Source: Eledone cirrhosa (Eukaryota). Taken from it: 64,000 nucleotides of DNA. Of the stretch, positions 12,616-27,214 are shown in pieces. Below the pieces are notes generated by a model. That model saw only the letters and a list, made by a program, of their open reading frames with translations. It was not told where the DNA came from and ran no database searches. How positions within the stretch are numbered: the stretch's first letter is position 1; every line of letters starts with the position of its first letter. The stretch spans positions 345,526,001-345,590,000 of the forward strand of contig OZ024742.1 in assembly GCA_964016885.1 (NCBI GenBank), written 5' to 3'. The position numbers and the translations under genes were made by a program.

Positions 12616-13050
12616 CTTGACTTAGTGGTTAGGAGGATCAGCTAATGTTTTTACGATCGTGAGTTCAATTCCCAGGGGTGTATTGTGACCTTGAACAAGA
12701 CAGTCTATTTAAGGTGACAACAGTGAGTTGTAACTGCACGCTGATTCTTCCTGCGAACTACATTATGCAAACACGGGTCTATGGAGTGTTCAGGCACTTG
12801 CAGGTTAACTTCTCGAATAAGCTATTTTGTTCGTCGAACAATTGGAACACTCCTCGTTGAAACAGATGAAGATCCAACGCACATTTTGCCTTTACTATAG
12901 TTTCGTCCAGGTTAGCTTTGCTTTTCATCATTACGGGGTCGATAAAATACAGCACCAGTAATGTACAGGGATCGATTTACTCGATTTTCCTCTTCCTGAA
13001 AATTGTTGGCCTCGTGCCTAAAGTAAAAGCCATTATAATTATTTATAAAT
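12616..13050 (+). mobile_element. Two degenerate SINE copies
   Basis: cttagtggttagg..gagttcaattcc head, followed by a copy of the ctttcatc..gtcgataaaat family. Confidence 0.65.
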
Positions 13051-13419
13051 CCAAGAGATATCCATCACAACATCATAAAAAACAACAGAAAACCAACCAT
13101 CAATCTTTTAGCTGTGTGGATTGAATTTGAAAAAAAATCATAAAAATTGCTTAAAGATTCGCTTAAATTTTCAGCATAAGAAATCAATGAGTTTCCAAGT
13201 TGATAAATTGTTTGAATGTTTTATAAAGATATCCATTACATTATTAATAGTAATTCTAGAGCAAATTCCAAAGAGGTATATTGATCAACAAATGACGCTT
13301 ATTTCACACATTTCCAACCATTCAAGAGATTTAGGGATATTTGAGAAGATAATCAAAAATAATTATATTTCAGAAAACAACTTTTCAAAAGATTGAGACT
13401 ACAACTAGCATAAATATCA

Positions 13420-14420
13420 CTCCCATCATCACTGTCGTCACCATCATCCTTACCACCGCCATCATCACCATCACCATCGCCACCACCACCACCAATAACA
13501 ATATCAACACCATTATCATCATCATAACCAACACTACCACTACCACCACCATCATCAACATCACTATCGTCATCACCACCACCATCACCACCATTATCAC
13601 CACTATCGTCACCATCACTATCACCACCACCACCATCACCACCATTATCACCACTATCGTCACCATCACTATCACCACCATCACCATCACCACTATTATC
13701 ACCACTATCGTCACCATCACTATCACCACCACCACCATCAACACCATTATCACCACTATCGTCACCATCACTATCACCACCACCACCATCAACACCATTA
13801 TCAGCACTATCGTCACCATCACTATCACCACCACCACCATCACCACCATTATCACCACTATCGTCACCATCACTATCACCACCATCACCATCACCACTAT
13901 TATCACCACTACCGTCACCATCACTATCACCACCATCACCATCACCACTATTATCACCACTACCGTCACCATCACTATCACCACCATCACCATCACCACT
14001 ATTATCACCACTATCGTCACCATCACTACCACTACCACCACCATCACCACCATTATCAACTATCGTCACCATCACTATCACCACCACCACCATCACCACC
14101 ATTATCACCACTATCGTCACCATCACTATCACCACCATCACCATCACCACTATTATCACCACTATCGTCACCACCACCATCACCACCACCACCATCACCA
14201 CCATTATCACCACTACCACCACCATCACTACCACCACCATCACCATCACCACCACCACCATCACCACCATTATCACCACTACAACCACCATCACTACCAC
14301 CACCATCACCATCACCACCACCACCATCACCACCATTATCACCACTACCACCACCATCACTACCACCACCATCACCATCACCACCACCACCATCACCATC
14401 ACCACCACCACCATCACCAA
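13420..14420 (+). repeat. CAC/CAT triplet-derived minisatellite with ~51-bp higher-order unit
   Basis: accatcactatcaccaccaccaccatcaccaccattatcaccactatcgtc recurs. Confidence 0.9.
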
Positions 14421-14489
14421 CCTTCTTTAAAGTGAATCCATTCGTTCAGTTTTACTGTCACAAATATAGAACGATTATTAATAAATCTT

Positions 14490-14612
14490 TGCCATTCTGA
14501 GTTCAAATCCCGCCGAGGTTAACTTTGCCTTTCATCCTTACGGGGTCGATAAAATAAAGTACCAGTAATGCACTGGTAATTGCTGGCCTTGTGCCTAACG
14601 TAGAAACAATTA
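14490..14612 (+). mobile_element. SINE, 5'-truncated
   Basis: Near-consensus family sequence. Confidence 0.85.
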
Positions 14613-14683
14613 TTAATATATCATTCTAGAAATGTATTTACAAATATTGGACATCACTGCCTCAATGTGAGTGTCTGAGAAAC

Positions 14684-14739
<56 letters not shown>

Positions 14740-15011
14740 CAGTTCTGGACACAAGGGAACCAAACTCCCACTTTACTGCCCCAGTGTGAATGTCTATGGA
14801 ACACATACACCAGGTCCTGACACAAAGGAACGAAACACCCACTGTCACTGCCTCCGTCTCTCCCGCTCTCCCCATCTCTTGATATTATGTACACACCTGC
14901 GGGCAGCCACCTCTGTGCCGATGGTGGTGAGAGTCTTTAAAGTGAAGGCATTTGTTCAGTTAGTAGCACACATATCCACACATCTATAGGACGTTTATTA
15001 ATAAATAATAG

Positions 15012-15200
15012 GGCGGTGGATTGGCAGTATCGGTAGAGGGTCGGACGCCATGCTTTCCAGCATAGTTACGTCCCTTTACGATCTGAGTTCAAATCCCGCC
15101 GAGGTTGACTTTGCCTTTCATCCTTACGGGGTCGATAAAATAAAGTACCAGTAATGCACTGGGTAATTGCTGGCCTTGTGCCAAAAGCAGAAACAATTAA
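15012..15200 (+). mobile_element. SINE, near full length
   Basis: Near-consensus family sequence. Confidence 0.85.
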
Positions 15201-15314
15201 TAAATAATATACTGGACATGGTTAAGATTTTCATTTACAAATATTGAACATGTTTTTGATATTAGTGTATAACATTCTATTACTTTGTGAGGGAAAATAT
15301 TGTCTAAGTGGAGA

Positions 15315-16660
15315 TTGGTGATGGTGGTGGTGGTAGTAGTGGTTGTGGTGTAGTGGTGGTGGTGGTGGTGGCGGTGGTGGTGGTTGTGGTGTAGTGGTGG
15401 TGGCGGTGGTGGTGGTTGTGGTGTAATGGTGGTGGTGGTAGTGGTTGTGGTGTAGTGGTGGTGGTGGTGGTGGCGGTGGTGGTGGTGGTAATGGTAGTTG
15501 TGGTGGTGGTGGTGATGGTAGTGGTTTGGTGGTGGTGCTGGTGGTGGTGGTGGTAGTAGTAGTGGTTGCGGTGGTGGTGGTGGTGGTGCTGGTGGTGGTG
15601 GTGGTGGTGGTAGTAGTGGTGGTAGTGGTGGTGGTGGTGGTGGTGGCGGTGGTAGTTGAGGTAGTGGTAGTGATGGTGGTATGGCGGTGGTTGTGATGGT
15701 AGTGGTGGTGGTGGTGGTGGTGGCGGTGGTGGTGGTTGTGGTGTAGTGGTGGTGGTGGCGGTGGTGGTGGTTGTGGTGTAGTGGTGGTGGTGGTAGTGGT
15801 TGTGGTGTAGTGGTGGTGGTGGTGGTGGTGGCGGTGGTGGTGGTTGTGGTGTAGTGGTGGTGGTGGCGGTGGTGGTGGTTGTGGTGTAGTGGTGGTGGTG
15901 GTAGTGGTTGTGGTGTAGTGGTGGTGGTGGTGTAGTGGTGGTGGTGGTGGTGGTAATGGTAGTCGTGGTGGTGGTGGTGGTGGTGATGGTAGTGGTTTGG
16001 TGGTGGTGCTGGTGGTGGTGGTGGTAGTAGTAGTGGTGGTTGCGGTGGTGGTGGTGGTGGTAGTGGTGGTGCTGGTGCTGGTGGTGGTGGTAGTAGTGGT
16101 GGTAGTGGTGGTGGTGGTGGTGGTGGCGGTGGTAGTTGAGGTAGTGGTAGTGATGGTGGTATGGCGGTGGTTGTGATGGTAGTAGTGGTGATAGTGGTGG
16201 TGATGGTTAAAGTGGTGTAGTAGTGGTAATGATGATTGTGGTGGTGGTGATAATGGTGATTGTGATGGTGGTGATATTGGTGGTGGTGGTGGCGGTAGTA
16301 GTGGTAGTGGTAGTAGTGGTAGTGTTGGTAGTGGTAGTGGTGGTGGTCATGGTAGTGGTAGCGGTGGTGGTAGTGTTGGTAGGGGTAGTAGTAGTGGTAG
16401 TAATAGTAGTGGTGGTAGTTGCGTGGTGGTAGTAGTGGTGGTAGTGGTGGTAGTAGTGGTGGTGGTGGTGGAAATAGCGATGGTAGTGGTGGTGATGGTA
16501 GTGGTAGTAATACTGATGGTAGTAGTACTGGTGGTGGTAGTAGTGGTGGTAGTAGTACTGGTGGTAATGGTGGTGGTGAGGGTAGTGGTAGTAATAGTAG
16601 TGATAGTAATAGTGGTGGTAGTAGTAGTGGTGGTGGTAGTGGTAGTGCTGGTGCTGGTAA
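15315..16660 (+). repeat. GGT/AGT triplet-derived low-complexity array
   Basis: Directly visible, with internal block duplications. Confidence 0.9.
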
Positions 16661-18409
16661 TCAATAATGGTAATATATTATATTCTAGCAACATATTCTT
16701 TCTGGTAACTTTAACGTTTAACGTACTTAACAGTTCCTGACTCTTTCTTTAAGTCAGTTACACCATAATAAAATTAAAATAAATACCAATTGATTCTCAC
16801 ACATAATATATTTTATAGAAAATAAATTGTTTATAGACAGGTGGAGTCACGAACGAGTGATACACGCATATAAGTAGATAGTTAGGTGAATAAATAGAGA
16901 GATAATGAGAATATGTAAATCACCTATCGATAATATAAATCAAGTAAACGTTTGCTTAAAAATTCTTATTGAATAAAAAAATTTCCTTTTCGTTGGAAGA
17001 AGAAAAACTGTAGAGCCGAACGTTAGCGTGTCACAAAGAAATCTAACGTTGCTCAAAATATCGGGAGGAGATTTCAAGAAATTAATGATTAATTATAAAA
17101 ACAAAGAAATTAATTTTCATTCTCATGGAAATATTTTATGTACGTTAACAGTAGTGGTGAGTGTAAAGGACATGTTCCTATCTTATTGTACCTCATCAAT
17201 AGTAATGACATAGTCCACTATAGTTCGTTCACAAAACTGTTTACGCTTGATAATCGTTTGAAATTCGGTATTTTTGTGAGACATCATATTTTACGACGAT
17301 AAACGATAATAAACGAGGAGGTTCGGATATATCTAGATGACGTTTGGTCTGCGAGAAATAGTCAAATATTCATCAATTTTTTTCAACATAAAATAATTGT
17401 TTATTCTCAGTACATGTGTTTCACAGACAAAGTTGGCTTAAAAACCGTTGATAAATACATATATATGAAAAAGAAAGATAAAAACAGAATTAAGTAATGA
17501 GAAATGGAGAAAAGGGTAAAGAAGGACAGATCTGGCTTTATGGGGAAGTAGAGGAAAGGACTATAAGTACCATAAATGAGAGGAAAAGAAGGGAAAAACA
17601 AGGACTCATGTGCCACAATAGAAAGGGAGCGGGGAGTGGATAATGGACTCGGTGCCTGTTTAAGCTGCGCCCCGCGGACAAACCTGCAAAGTACCACTGT
17701 GTCTAAAGAAAGGACGGGTACAACAGAAAATGTGGAGTTTTGGATAAAATTACATCAAAATCAAATGCTTGGATGATTACATGGGGATCAATTTGTTGAA
17801 AGACATGCCTCATGAGAAGTGATCCAAGGTTAAAGAGCAACAACAGACATAGACTGATGCTAGTGTAGAGCTCATGGGTGTGATCGATCTCAGTTGAATT
17901 GGGGTTAAACAACAACAACAGAAACATATGCTAAAGTAATTATACCTGATCGAATAATGTGATTAGATATTATCGCTTTAATAGGAAACTTTCACTACAA
18001 GTAACCAGAATGTAAATAGAGTAAACTATTAATATATGCTATTGGGGAATGTGTGAGTGAGAGATTGAGAGAGGAGGAAAGAGAGGGAGAGAGAGGAGGA
18101 GAGAGGGGGAGAGGGAGAGAGAGGAAGAGGGGAGAGGGGAAGGGATTAATCATTTGTAGTGAATGACAGATAGAAATCTTGTCGCAAACATAAAAATAGA
18201 TGAAGATAGAAGATAGAATATTTTTTAATGTTTATTTATGAGATGTACGAAGCTGTCGTGGCATATGGCGTGTCTTGGGCGTTATAGACCTCGGGGAGCC
18301 CCTCTCACCTTCATGTCTCTACACAGCCGATTTCTTCCAGAGAAGGAGAGAGAGACAGACATAGTATGAGAGGGGGAGCGAGAAAAAGATATAGTTAAAG
18401 ACTCAAACT

Positions 18410-18760
18410 CAGTACTGGACTGGAACAACGTGAAATAAAGTGTCTTGTTCAAGGACTTAACACGCTGCCCTGTCCAAATATTGAACTCACGGTCGTGAGT
18501 TGATCAGCGTAACCACTAGGTCACGTGTCTTTGTGCCCCTTGAATACGGCTGCATGGTAGATATTCAGCTAGATAATAATTGTTTGTACTGTTGGCACAA
18601 GGCCAGCAATTACTCCAGTGTATTACTGGTACTTTATTTTATCGACCCCGTAAGGATGAGAGGCAAAGTTAACCTCGGGACGGTTTGAACTCAGACCATA
18701 AAGGACCATAACCCTTTGAGCAAAGCATGGCGTCCGACCCTCTACCGATACTGCCAATCC
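18410..18760 (-). mobile_element. Two adjacent SINE copies (tRNA-head fragment, then the abundant family)
   Basis: Reverse complements of the SINE motifs above. Confidence 0.75.
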
Positions 18761-19364
18761 TTCAAGTAGATAATAATGCTGATGGGTTTTGTAAAAGACC
18801 CTGGTATAGGGTGTGTCCATGGGCATTTTAAGTGTGGCAGATCCCATCTCTCTCCGTGTCTGGACACAACCGATTTCTCCGAAAAGCTAGAGAGAGAAAG
18901 AAGAAGAATCTACACCAGTATTAGACTGGTAATGTATTTATTGTTTTTGAAGGGATGAAAGCCAACGTTTGCTTCAGTGAGATTTAAACTAGCCGGAAGA
19001 AATATCGAGTCATGTTTAATCCGATGCCCTAACGACAAAGCAAATAGCTGCCTTATGGCGATACAGATACAGCTATGTTATCTATATAAGTTGGGATATT
19101 AAGACTTCTGTGTGAGTTATATCAACAAACTATAGATAAGAAGGACATTACAAACGAAATTGCAGCCGTCGAATAATTATCTGTTTCCATAAAATAAGTT
19201 CCATAAAACAAGCATTTAGAATACGGCAGCTTTTGGTAAAATGACAGCTGCGGCATTCTAATTTTCAATAAAATAGCTTTACTTCTAATGTAATCTTAAC
19301 AGCTTTCTTTACAAGTGTTAAACCAAGGCAAGTGGAATGGAATAAGATGCAATAGAATGGAACA

Positions 19365-19534
19365 CCGTCGGTTTCCACGATGAGTGCTCTAGTTGTTCAA
19401 TCAACGAAACAGCCTGCTCGTGAATTAACATTTAAGTAGCTGAACATTCCCTAGACACGTGCAGACTTAACGTAATTCGCGGGGAGATTCAGCGTGAGAC
19501 AGTATGTATGTGACAAGGCTGTCCCTTTAAATTA
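19365..19534 (-). mobile_element. SINE body fragment (same family as 24178-24440)
   Basis: cagcctgctcgtgaattaac..gacacgtg..cttaacgta..ggggagattcagc. Confidence 0.65.
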
Positions 19535-19945
19535 CTCTCGGGTCGCAAATAATAGGGGGGAATAAGCGGGGAGTTGGAATTTGTGAGGTGGAATAAGCAG
19601 GCAGGGGAAAATAGGGGGTGTGAATCGGTAATTTTTCTTGGTTGTCTCTCTTGCTTTTTTAAAAACCAGAATTAGTCGTTTAGTTTACATATCAATACCC
19701 CACCCTTCGTATATATTTTATAACGTATGGGATTTTTGTAATGAGATTTTTTGGCATGTGTAATGTTTTTTAATGTAGAAAGAAAATTAATTGTCGCAGG
19801 AATGCTACCACTTAAAATAAAGTTTTGCCAGAGATAGATTAGTAAAATTTAATAAGTAGGGCTGGATGGAATATGAATAGTGGGGGTTGGACAAAATCTG
19901 AAAACTTAATAAGCGGGGGTGGGGCGATTATTCGACACCCGAGAA
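19535..19945. mobile_element. TA-flanked MITE (Tc1/mariner-pogo superfamily)
   Basis: Imperfect TIRs ctctcgggtcgcaaataat / attattcgacacccgagaa, TA on both sides, internal aataagcgggg repeats. Confidence 0.65.
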
Positions 19946-20847
19946 TACATCTACTGTCTACCCAGCGGTATTCTAAACAAGGCATCGCTGCAAAGGAGTT
20001 AAATAACATTTGCCAGGGGGCCATACATTCGGATCGAACCAGGGACCAAACGAAGATTTTAACCAATTGGCTATTCTGCGTGCACATTGAATATGTGTGT
20101 GAGTTGGATCTCCGTCTGGGTCGACGACGAGTGTTCTATTTGTTCGGTGAACGGAATGGTTTGATAATGAAATTAACATGCAAGTGCCTAAGCATTCCAT
20201 AGTCACGGGTACCGTTAAAGTATATTTATGGTGATTTTATTTTCTGTGACACACTGTCTGACAGAACTAGCTTCCAAACAGTTTTCTGTCATGGCTATTC
20301 CTCTCACAAGCCATGGGTCGCACCTAATATAAAATAAATGACATTTGCCAAGGATACCAACGATGGCATCGAACCTATTCCTGCCAGGGTCGTGGTGGCA
20401 GACTCTTCAAACACTCCTTTCAACGAGTCTTGTCAGAAGCAACCATTTCCAAATGGTTCGGCCGGATTCCCAAATGAGACCAGCCAAGCTCATGGATGTT
20501 ATCCATCTTGTTCGGGTCCAGTGATTCTTTCCTGAGACATTCTAACCACATGCCTATATTATCGGAGCTGTGATCTCTTAATTCGGAGAAGTAGCAGCTC
20601 TACCTGGAGTGACTCTCTGATCTCCGAGCTACGTACTTTATCGAGGAACGTTACTCCGAACAACCTAATTTCACTCACAAGAGTTTGGTTGAAATGAAGC
20701 TATGGTTGATGACATTTGCCCAAAATGCAACACAGAGTGAGCGAACTTGGGACCTAATTATTGTGAAGTAAACTTCTTAACCATCCGGCCACGCTGGTTC
20801 CTCAACCAGGCAAAGAAAACGCGGGTAAATCATCGAGAAATATAAAA

Positions 20848-21065
20848 TAATTGTTTCTACATGAGGCATAAGCCCAGTAATTTGAAGGAGAAGCGAAAGT
20901 CAGTTAAATCGACACCCGTGCATTACTGGTACTTTATTTCATCGACCCCGTCAGGATGAAAGGAAAAGCTAACATCGGCGGGAGTTGAACTCAGAACGTA
21001 AAGGGCCGTAAATCTATGCCGCGAAGCATGTCATCCGGCGCTCTACCACAACTGACAACCCATCA
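20848..21065 (-). mobile_element. SINE
   Basis: Reverse complement of family consensus. Confidence 0.8.
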
Positions 21066-21288
21066 TCCTAAAATAATGAAAATTATACCCATATTAAATG
21101 TATCTCACATCGGATAAACGCGGCTAGAGACGTTCAGTGCGATAGAAAAGAGAGCAATGAAGAAATTGTCTGCGTTTTTGTATACTTTCATTTTCATATT
21201 TCCAATAAAAGACACAGCCTATGATGTTCAATGCGCAAAAATATTTGTAATGATTTATTAATATAACTAACTTCATGTTATTACGTTG

Positions 21289-21321
<33 letters not shown>

Positions 21322-21347
21322 TATCTATCTATCGATCTCTCTATCTA

Positions 21348-21386
<39 letters not shown>

Positions 21387-21387
21387 T

Positions 21388-21443
<56 letters not shown>

Positions 21444-21519
21444 AAGTGGATTGCAAGACCATTGCCCACCATTGCCTGCAAGGTCTCCTAACCCCTGAGG
21501 AGTCATGGGGGCACCATAT

Positions 21520-21660
21520 TGACATACGGCGTTTCTAGGGTATTCATTAAACCTGGCAGAGCTCACCTCCTCTCCAGGTGTGAATACAGTAGATTACTTC
21601 TAGAGAAGGATAGAGAGAGTGGGAGAAAGAAAGTGAGAGTAAGATATAGACGAAAAATCG
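21520..21660. repeat. Dispersed repeat; copies at ~1190-1290, 18250-18350, 18780-18900, 24960-25100
   Basis: Shared ..ctctccaggt.tgaatacagc.gatt.cttccagagaagga..gagatataga text. Confidence 0.6.
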
Positions 21661-21669
21661 ATCTTATAC

Positions 21670-21995
21670 TGGACTGCTACTTTTTTATGGGCCACGAATG
21701 GACGAAAGGCAAGTTTGACCCCGGTGGGATTTGAACTCAGAGAGTAGAGAGACGAAACGAATACAGCAAAGCATTCTATTTGACATTCTAACGACTCTGC
21801 CATTTCGCCCCTTTGGCAAAACCATTACTGCCGGACAAAATGCATTGGGGCATTTATTTCAGCTCTTTACATTCTGAGTATCCACTCGAGGTCAACTTTG
21901 AATCTCATCTTCCTTCTAAGATCGTTAAAATAAAATTCCAAACAATTTCCGGGGTCAAATTAATTAGCTTTCCTCTCCTGCAAATTTCTGGCGTT
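21670..21995. mobile_element. Head-to-head pair of degenerate SINEs
   Basis: Minus copy to ~21812, plus copy after it. Confidence 0.6.
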
Positions 21996-22622
21996 GTGTC
22001 TGGTGGTGTTTAGAACATAACATAACAAATGTTCTTATATAGAATTATGATGGAATACTTCTAGAGAAATAAAAATACCTTAAAACAAATAGTATTTGTA
22101 TTTGAGAAGCGGGGGTGGTTTCAGACGTTTTCCTGTCAAAAGGCTTAATCAATTCATACAAGACTGTACTATTCACGGTTGAGCGTGTAAAGACATTGGC
22201 AAAATGTCAATGAAAGAAAAAAGAAAGCAAAAACAAATCTAGATTATTTGAGATGTTAAGACTTTTATTTGATTATTTAATGGATATTTTCATGCTTCTA
22301 TAACAAACTACACATTTCATCTAACATAAACTACAAATCGATTAAATGATTATGACAATGACGATGATGACGACAACGATAACATCATCAACAATTCTTT
22401 TTTGCCAAGCTGGCTAACTAACACACTTCCCTTCCTCTCTACTCTTTTCCGTGTTTGCTTTTTTACTGTCGTCTTTTTTCCAAACAACCTCTCTATTTCT
22501 GTCTTTCTATGAAGGACCGGCGTCGGAAACGTTAAAATACTTTTCCAGCCCAATTACGCATTAAACTGATATACCATTATTGTATTGTATTGTCCAGTTG
22601 TGTTATGTTTTTGTTGATTTTC

Positions 22623-22729
<107 letters not shown>

Positions 22730-22919
22730 CGTTATCAACCATAAAAGCTGATACATTCATTCAACAAACGCTAAACCATGGTGGAGGTATAATATATTCA
22801 GGAATGGAGAAGACAGAGTTATATCAATATCAGTGAATGACGAAGGGTCGATACACAAAGAGAATATTAAAAAGTTGACGGAGACACAGAGTAAACATAA
22901 AATAATATAGATCACAATG

Positions 22920-23250
22920 GTTTATAACTTAGGCACAAAGCCAGAATTTAGGAAGAGGCAAAGTCGATTACATCAACCCGCGTACCTGATTGGTACTTTA
23001 TTTTATCGACCCCGTAAGGATGAAAGGCAAAGCTAATGTCGGCGGGATGTGAATTCAGAACGTAAAGAGCCGGAACATGTTGTCCGACGCTCTAACGAGT
23101 CATTATAGAATACACAATATTTGTTTCTACTTTAGGCACAAGGCCAGCAAATTACCCAGTACATTACTGGTACTTTATTTTATCGACCCCGTAAGGATGA
23201 AATGAAAAGTTAACCTCGGCGGGATTTGAACTCAGACCATAAAGGGACGA
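22920..23250 (-). mobile_element. Two tandem SINE copies
   Basis: Reverse complement of family consensus, twice. Confidence 0.8.
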
Positions 23251-24079
23251 CATGTAGTAGAGTATATGTCTAATACTTTCATACTTATTATTGTCATTGT
23301 AGAATCTACAATGTAGATGTTACTGTTGCTACTTTCCTTTAGTCAGTGTTTCTTGACTTAATATATAGTCTGAAACGTATTTAGTGTAGCCTGACCATAC
23401 ACTAGTGAGAACCCACTAGTCAGGTTAAATGTTAGGTCAGACTGCCCCAACATAATGGCTTCCTGCCTCCCGTCGAAATTGCTATACAGTGAAGGGCCAA
23501 TGAACAGCTTTGGTGTCAGGCAGTATGAAAACTATCACACACTCTTTGCGTGATTGCACAACAGTAAAACAAAAAGATATGTAGTATTCACTGCAAGTAT
23601 ATTCCGTGGACGCTTCGCAATATAGGAGCACATCATCTCAACCAATACAGTGTTACTATCTTCCCCTTGTTTTACTCTGTTTAGTAGTTCTGTCAATCCT
23701 TTGTTGCTTATGTGAAGAACTGTGAAATACCTTTAGTTGTCCTGTGATGGGTTCCTCTTCTGATATCTCGCTTGCCCTAATGTGGAGTTCATTTTTTTCT
23801 TCATTACTCAATCAACTAGCGTTACCTGATAGAGTACTTAGCTCGGAGATTAGAGAGTCACTCCAGGTAGAGCCGGTACTTTTCTGAATTAAGAGATCAC
23901 AGCTCTGATACTAAGGGTACCTAGTTAGAATGTTTAAGGAAAGAATCGCTAGACAGATTTTACGGGCAAAAATCAACCGGCAGGAGACCCAGCAAGATGG
24001 TTGAATAACATCCATGAGCTACACTCGTCTCGCTTGTATTTAATATTCTTCTTTGGCCCAGTCTTTCATTTCTAAGGGT

Positions 24080-24570
24080 TTCTGATTTAGGTACAAGGCC
24101 AATACTTTGGAGGAAGGGGGAAAATCGATTAAATCGACCACAGTGCATTACTGATACGTTATTTTATCAATCATGAAGTCGCGTAGGTTTGTGGTTAGGG
24201 TATTCGGCTTACAAGCGTAAGGTTGTGAGTTCGATTCCCAGCTATGCGTTGTGTCCTTGAGCAAGACACTATATTTCATGTTGTTCCAATCCATTCTGTG
24301 ATATGCCGAATCCCCCTGAGAACTACGTTAAGGGTACACGTGTCTGTGAAATGCTCAGCCACATGTTAATTTCATGAGCAGGATGTTCTGTTTATCGGAT
24401 CTACTGGAATACTCATTGTCGTAACCGACCGAATGCCTTCAAATTTTTATCAACCCCGTAAGGACGAAAAGCAAAGCTCACCTCGGCGGGATTTGAACTC
24501 ATAACGTAAAGCGCTGTAACACAATGCCAAAAACCAGGTTGTCCGACGCTCTACTACTTCCGCCAATGCA
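24080..24570. mobile_element. Minus-strand SINE interrupted by a plus-strand tRNA-SINE (24178-24440)
   Basis: ttttatcaa appears on both sides of the insert and the two halves join into the family consensus. Confidence 0.7.
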
Positions 24571-26198
24571 CCAATCTTCATCTTACTGTTACATATTTTC
24601 TAATCAAAACCTCTATCTACGTTTGACGATGTTGTGTATTCATATTTTGTTTTGATACATCCATAAGTTAATTTAGCAATGCTGATATTCAAATCATTAC
24701 TTTACATATTTCTATATTTAAAACATTTTACATACCAAACCAATTGAAACCATCGCTTGTTCTACAATAGAAAGCTACTTGTTTCAATGTAGCGATATTT
24801 CTCTAAAAACAACCTTTCAACTTAATTTTATTTAAGAACCTTGTGTTAAGTTACGTTCCAAACACCAGGTAAATAAAGATTTTTAATTTAAGCACAATGC
24901 CAACAATTCGAAAGCAAGGTAAGTCGATTACATCGCCCCATGACATGACTGGTACTATAGTGACATACGGGGTTTCTAAGACATTTGTAAGCCCAATGGA
25001 GCCCTTCTCCTCTCCAGGTCTGAATACAGCAGATTTCTTCCAGAGAGGAATATAGAGTGAAAGGAAATGAGAAAGAGATATAGAGGAGAAATCGACTCCA
25101 GTTCTAGACTGGTATTTTTTTTATCAACTCCGGAAACATAAAAAAACAAAGTTGACCTTGGTGGGATTTGAACTGAGAAGGTAGAAAGTCACAAGCAACA
25201 GCTTAATAATGTAAAAGTGAGTTATATTAGTAAACTTCTTGAAATATTTGATTATTTTCATAATCATTCTAAAGTCATAGGCAGAGTTAAATCATTCAAC
25301 TTGGAAGAGTTATATTTTCTTCTGAGAATAATGAAATACTTACTAAGAATGTTTAGTTATGATTTTATTATGTCTGCTATATTTTACATACAATTATGGA
25401 AATACTAAAAAAGATTTTTTAAAAAATTAAGTAATGGAAAAAAACAAAAGGGAAAAGGTAAATAATGGGAGATCTGTCTGTATAGGAAAGTAGAGGAAAG
25501 GACTATAGATGCCATTAATGTGAAGAAAATGGGGGAACGATGAAGGACTATTAGACAACTGAGAAAGATAGGAGGAAGGGGAGAGGATGACAGACTCTGT
25601 GCCTAGGTCGGGGTGCTGTTTCGGGTGCACCCCGCTGACGAAACTGCAAAGACATTTCCGCGGACAATGGCCAACGACACCTGCTGCAACAGCCACCCCC
25701 ACATCACGGGGGGGGGGGCGTCATTTATTTGTGATCATTTATTCTCTAGGGTCTCACTCCAGATTTCTAATTTCATAACCCTTCTTCTAGTGTGTTGTGC
25801 TCCGATCACCGTCAATGTATTTGTAGAATCTATTTTAACAGAAATATGTCTGTTTACCTTGTTATTGACGTTGTTTAAACCCAGAGAAATCTTGCTCAAG
25901 TAGTTTATGATGAAAGGTATTACTATGTAACCATTGTATGTCTGAGGAATCCTCATCAATATGGATATTAACTTTATGAGCAGGCTATTCTGTTCTTTGA
26001 GCAACTGGAACATTCATCGTAGGATCCGACGGATACCCAACACACAGACACATCATCACTTATATATATATATATGTGTGTGTGTGTGTATGTATGTATG
26101 TGTGTGAGAGTGTATATATGTGTGTAAGTATGTGTGTATATGTAAGTGTATATGTGTGTTTGTGTGTGTTTGTGTGTGTTTGTGTGTGTGTGTGTGTA

Positions 26199-26439
<241 letters not shown>

Positions 26440-26869
26440 ATATATATATATATTTTGTCGATCGACTTTCATCAACTCAGACCGAGGAAACAATGTTTCC
26501 ATTGATCTTTCCAATTTCTAATACTATCTATCGGTCGCAACTCCAGGTAGAAGGAGTAACATGAAATAAAGTGTCTTCCTCAAGGACATAACACTTCGCC
26601 CGATCCAGGAATCGAACTGAAAACCTCACGTTTGCGAATCCATTTCTCTAGCCAATCAGCCTTTACGAATCAAGGAAGCACTTTGGATCAAACGCCTAGG
26701 ACCGCAAATAAATAACCGATCCTAGAGATGCGAGACGAGGTGGCTGGTGTAAACAAACGCACACACACACAGAGTGACATTCGAACGATTGTTATTGTGT
26801 GTATAGTACGCCCACCATGCACTGACCAACAAGCGACAATCAGATAGACTACCAACACTGCCAGTATCA

Positions 26870-27182
26870 AAGACAGGAAAATAGAGTAGAGGGAGAGCTA
26901 GTCAGAGAGCTAGAAGAGGCGTTTAGGACAGGCATGGCAACCGACGTGCTTGCGGCGAGATTGGCATTCGACCAATTCTTCAACGCAAAACACGAAGGCT
27001 GCGTTGTCAGAGCTAGAGCACGTGCTCTGAAACACGAGGGGACAAAAGCCGTCCAATGGGCCCGGGTGGCAGAGGCGCGACTGGCAACAAAGCCACAATT
27101 CGGTCTTTGTCTGACCAAAACGGGCGCGTGTTGCTCGAACCCGAGCAGATGTGTGAAGCTTTTCAGCAGCACTTTGCTACTG
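26870..27182 (+). pseudogene. L1/Tx1-type LINE ORF2 fragment (between endonuclease and RT)
   Basis: EGCVVRARARALKHEGTK...TIRSLSDQNGRVLLEPEQMCEAFQQHF across a frameshift. Confidence 0.6.
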
Positions 27183-27214
27183 ATTATATATGGTTTAAAG
27201 TTATCTTCCAGATG

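Noticed and set aside
13353-16740. Gly/Asp/Val-rich ORFs
   Set aside because: Artefacts of triplet repeats
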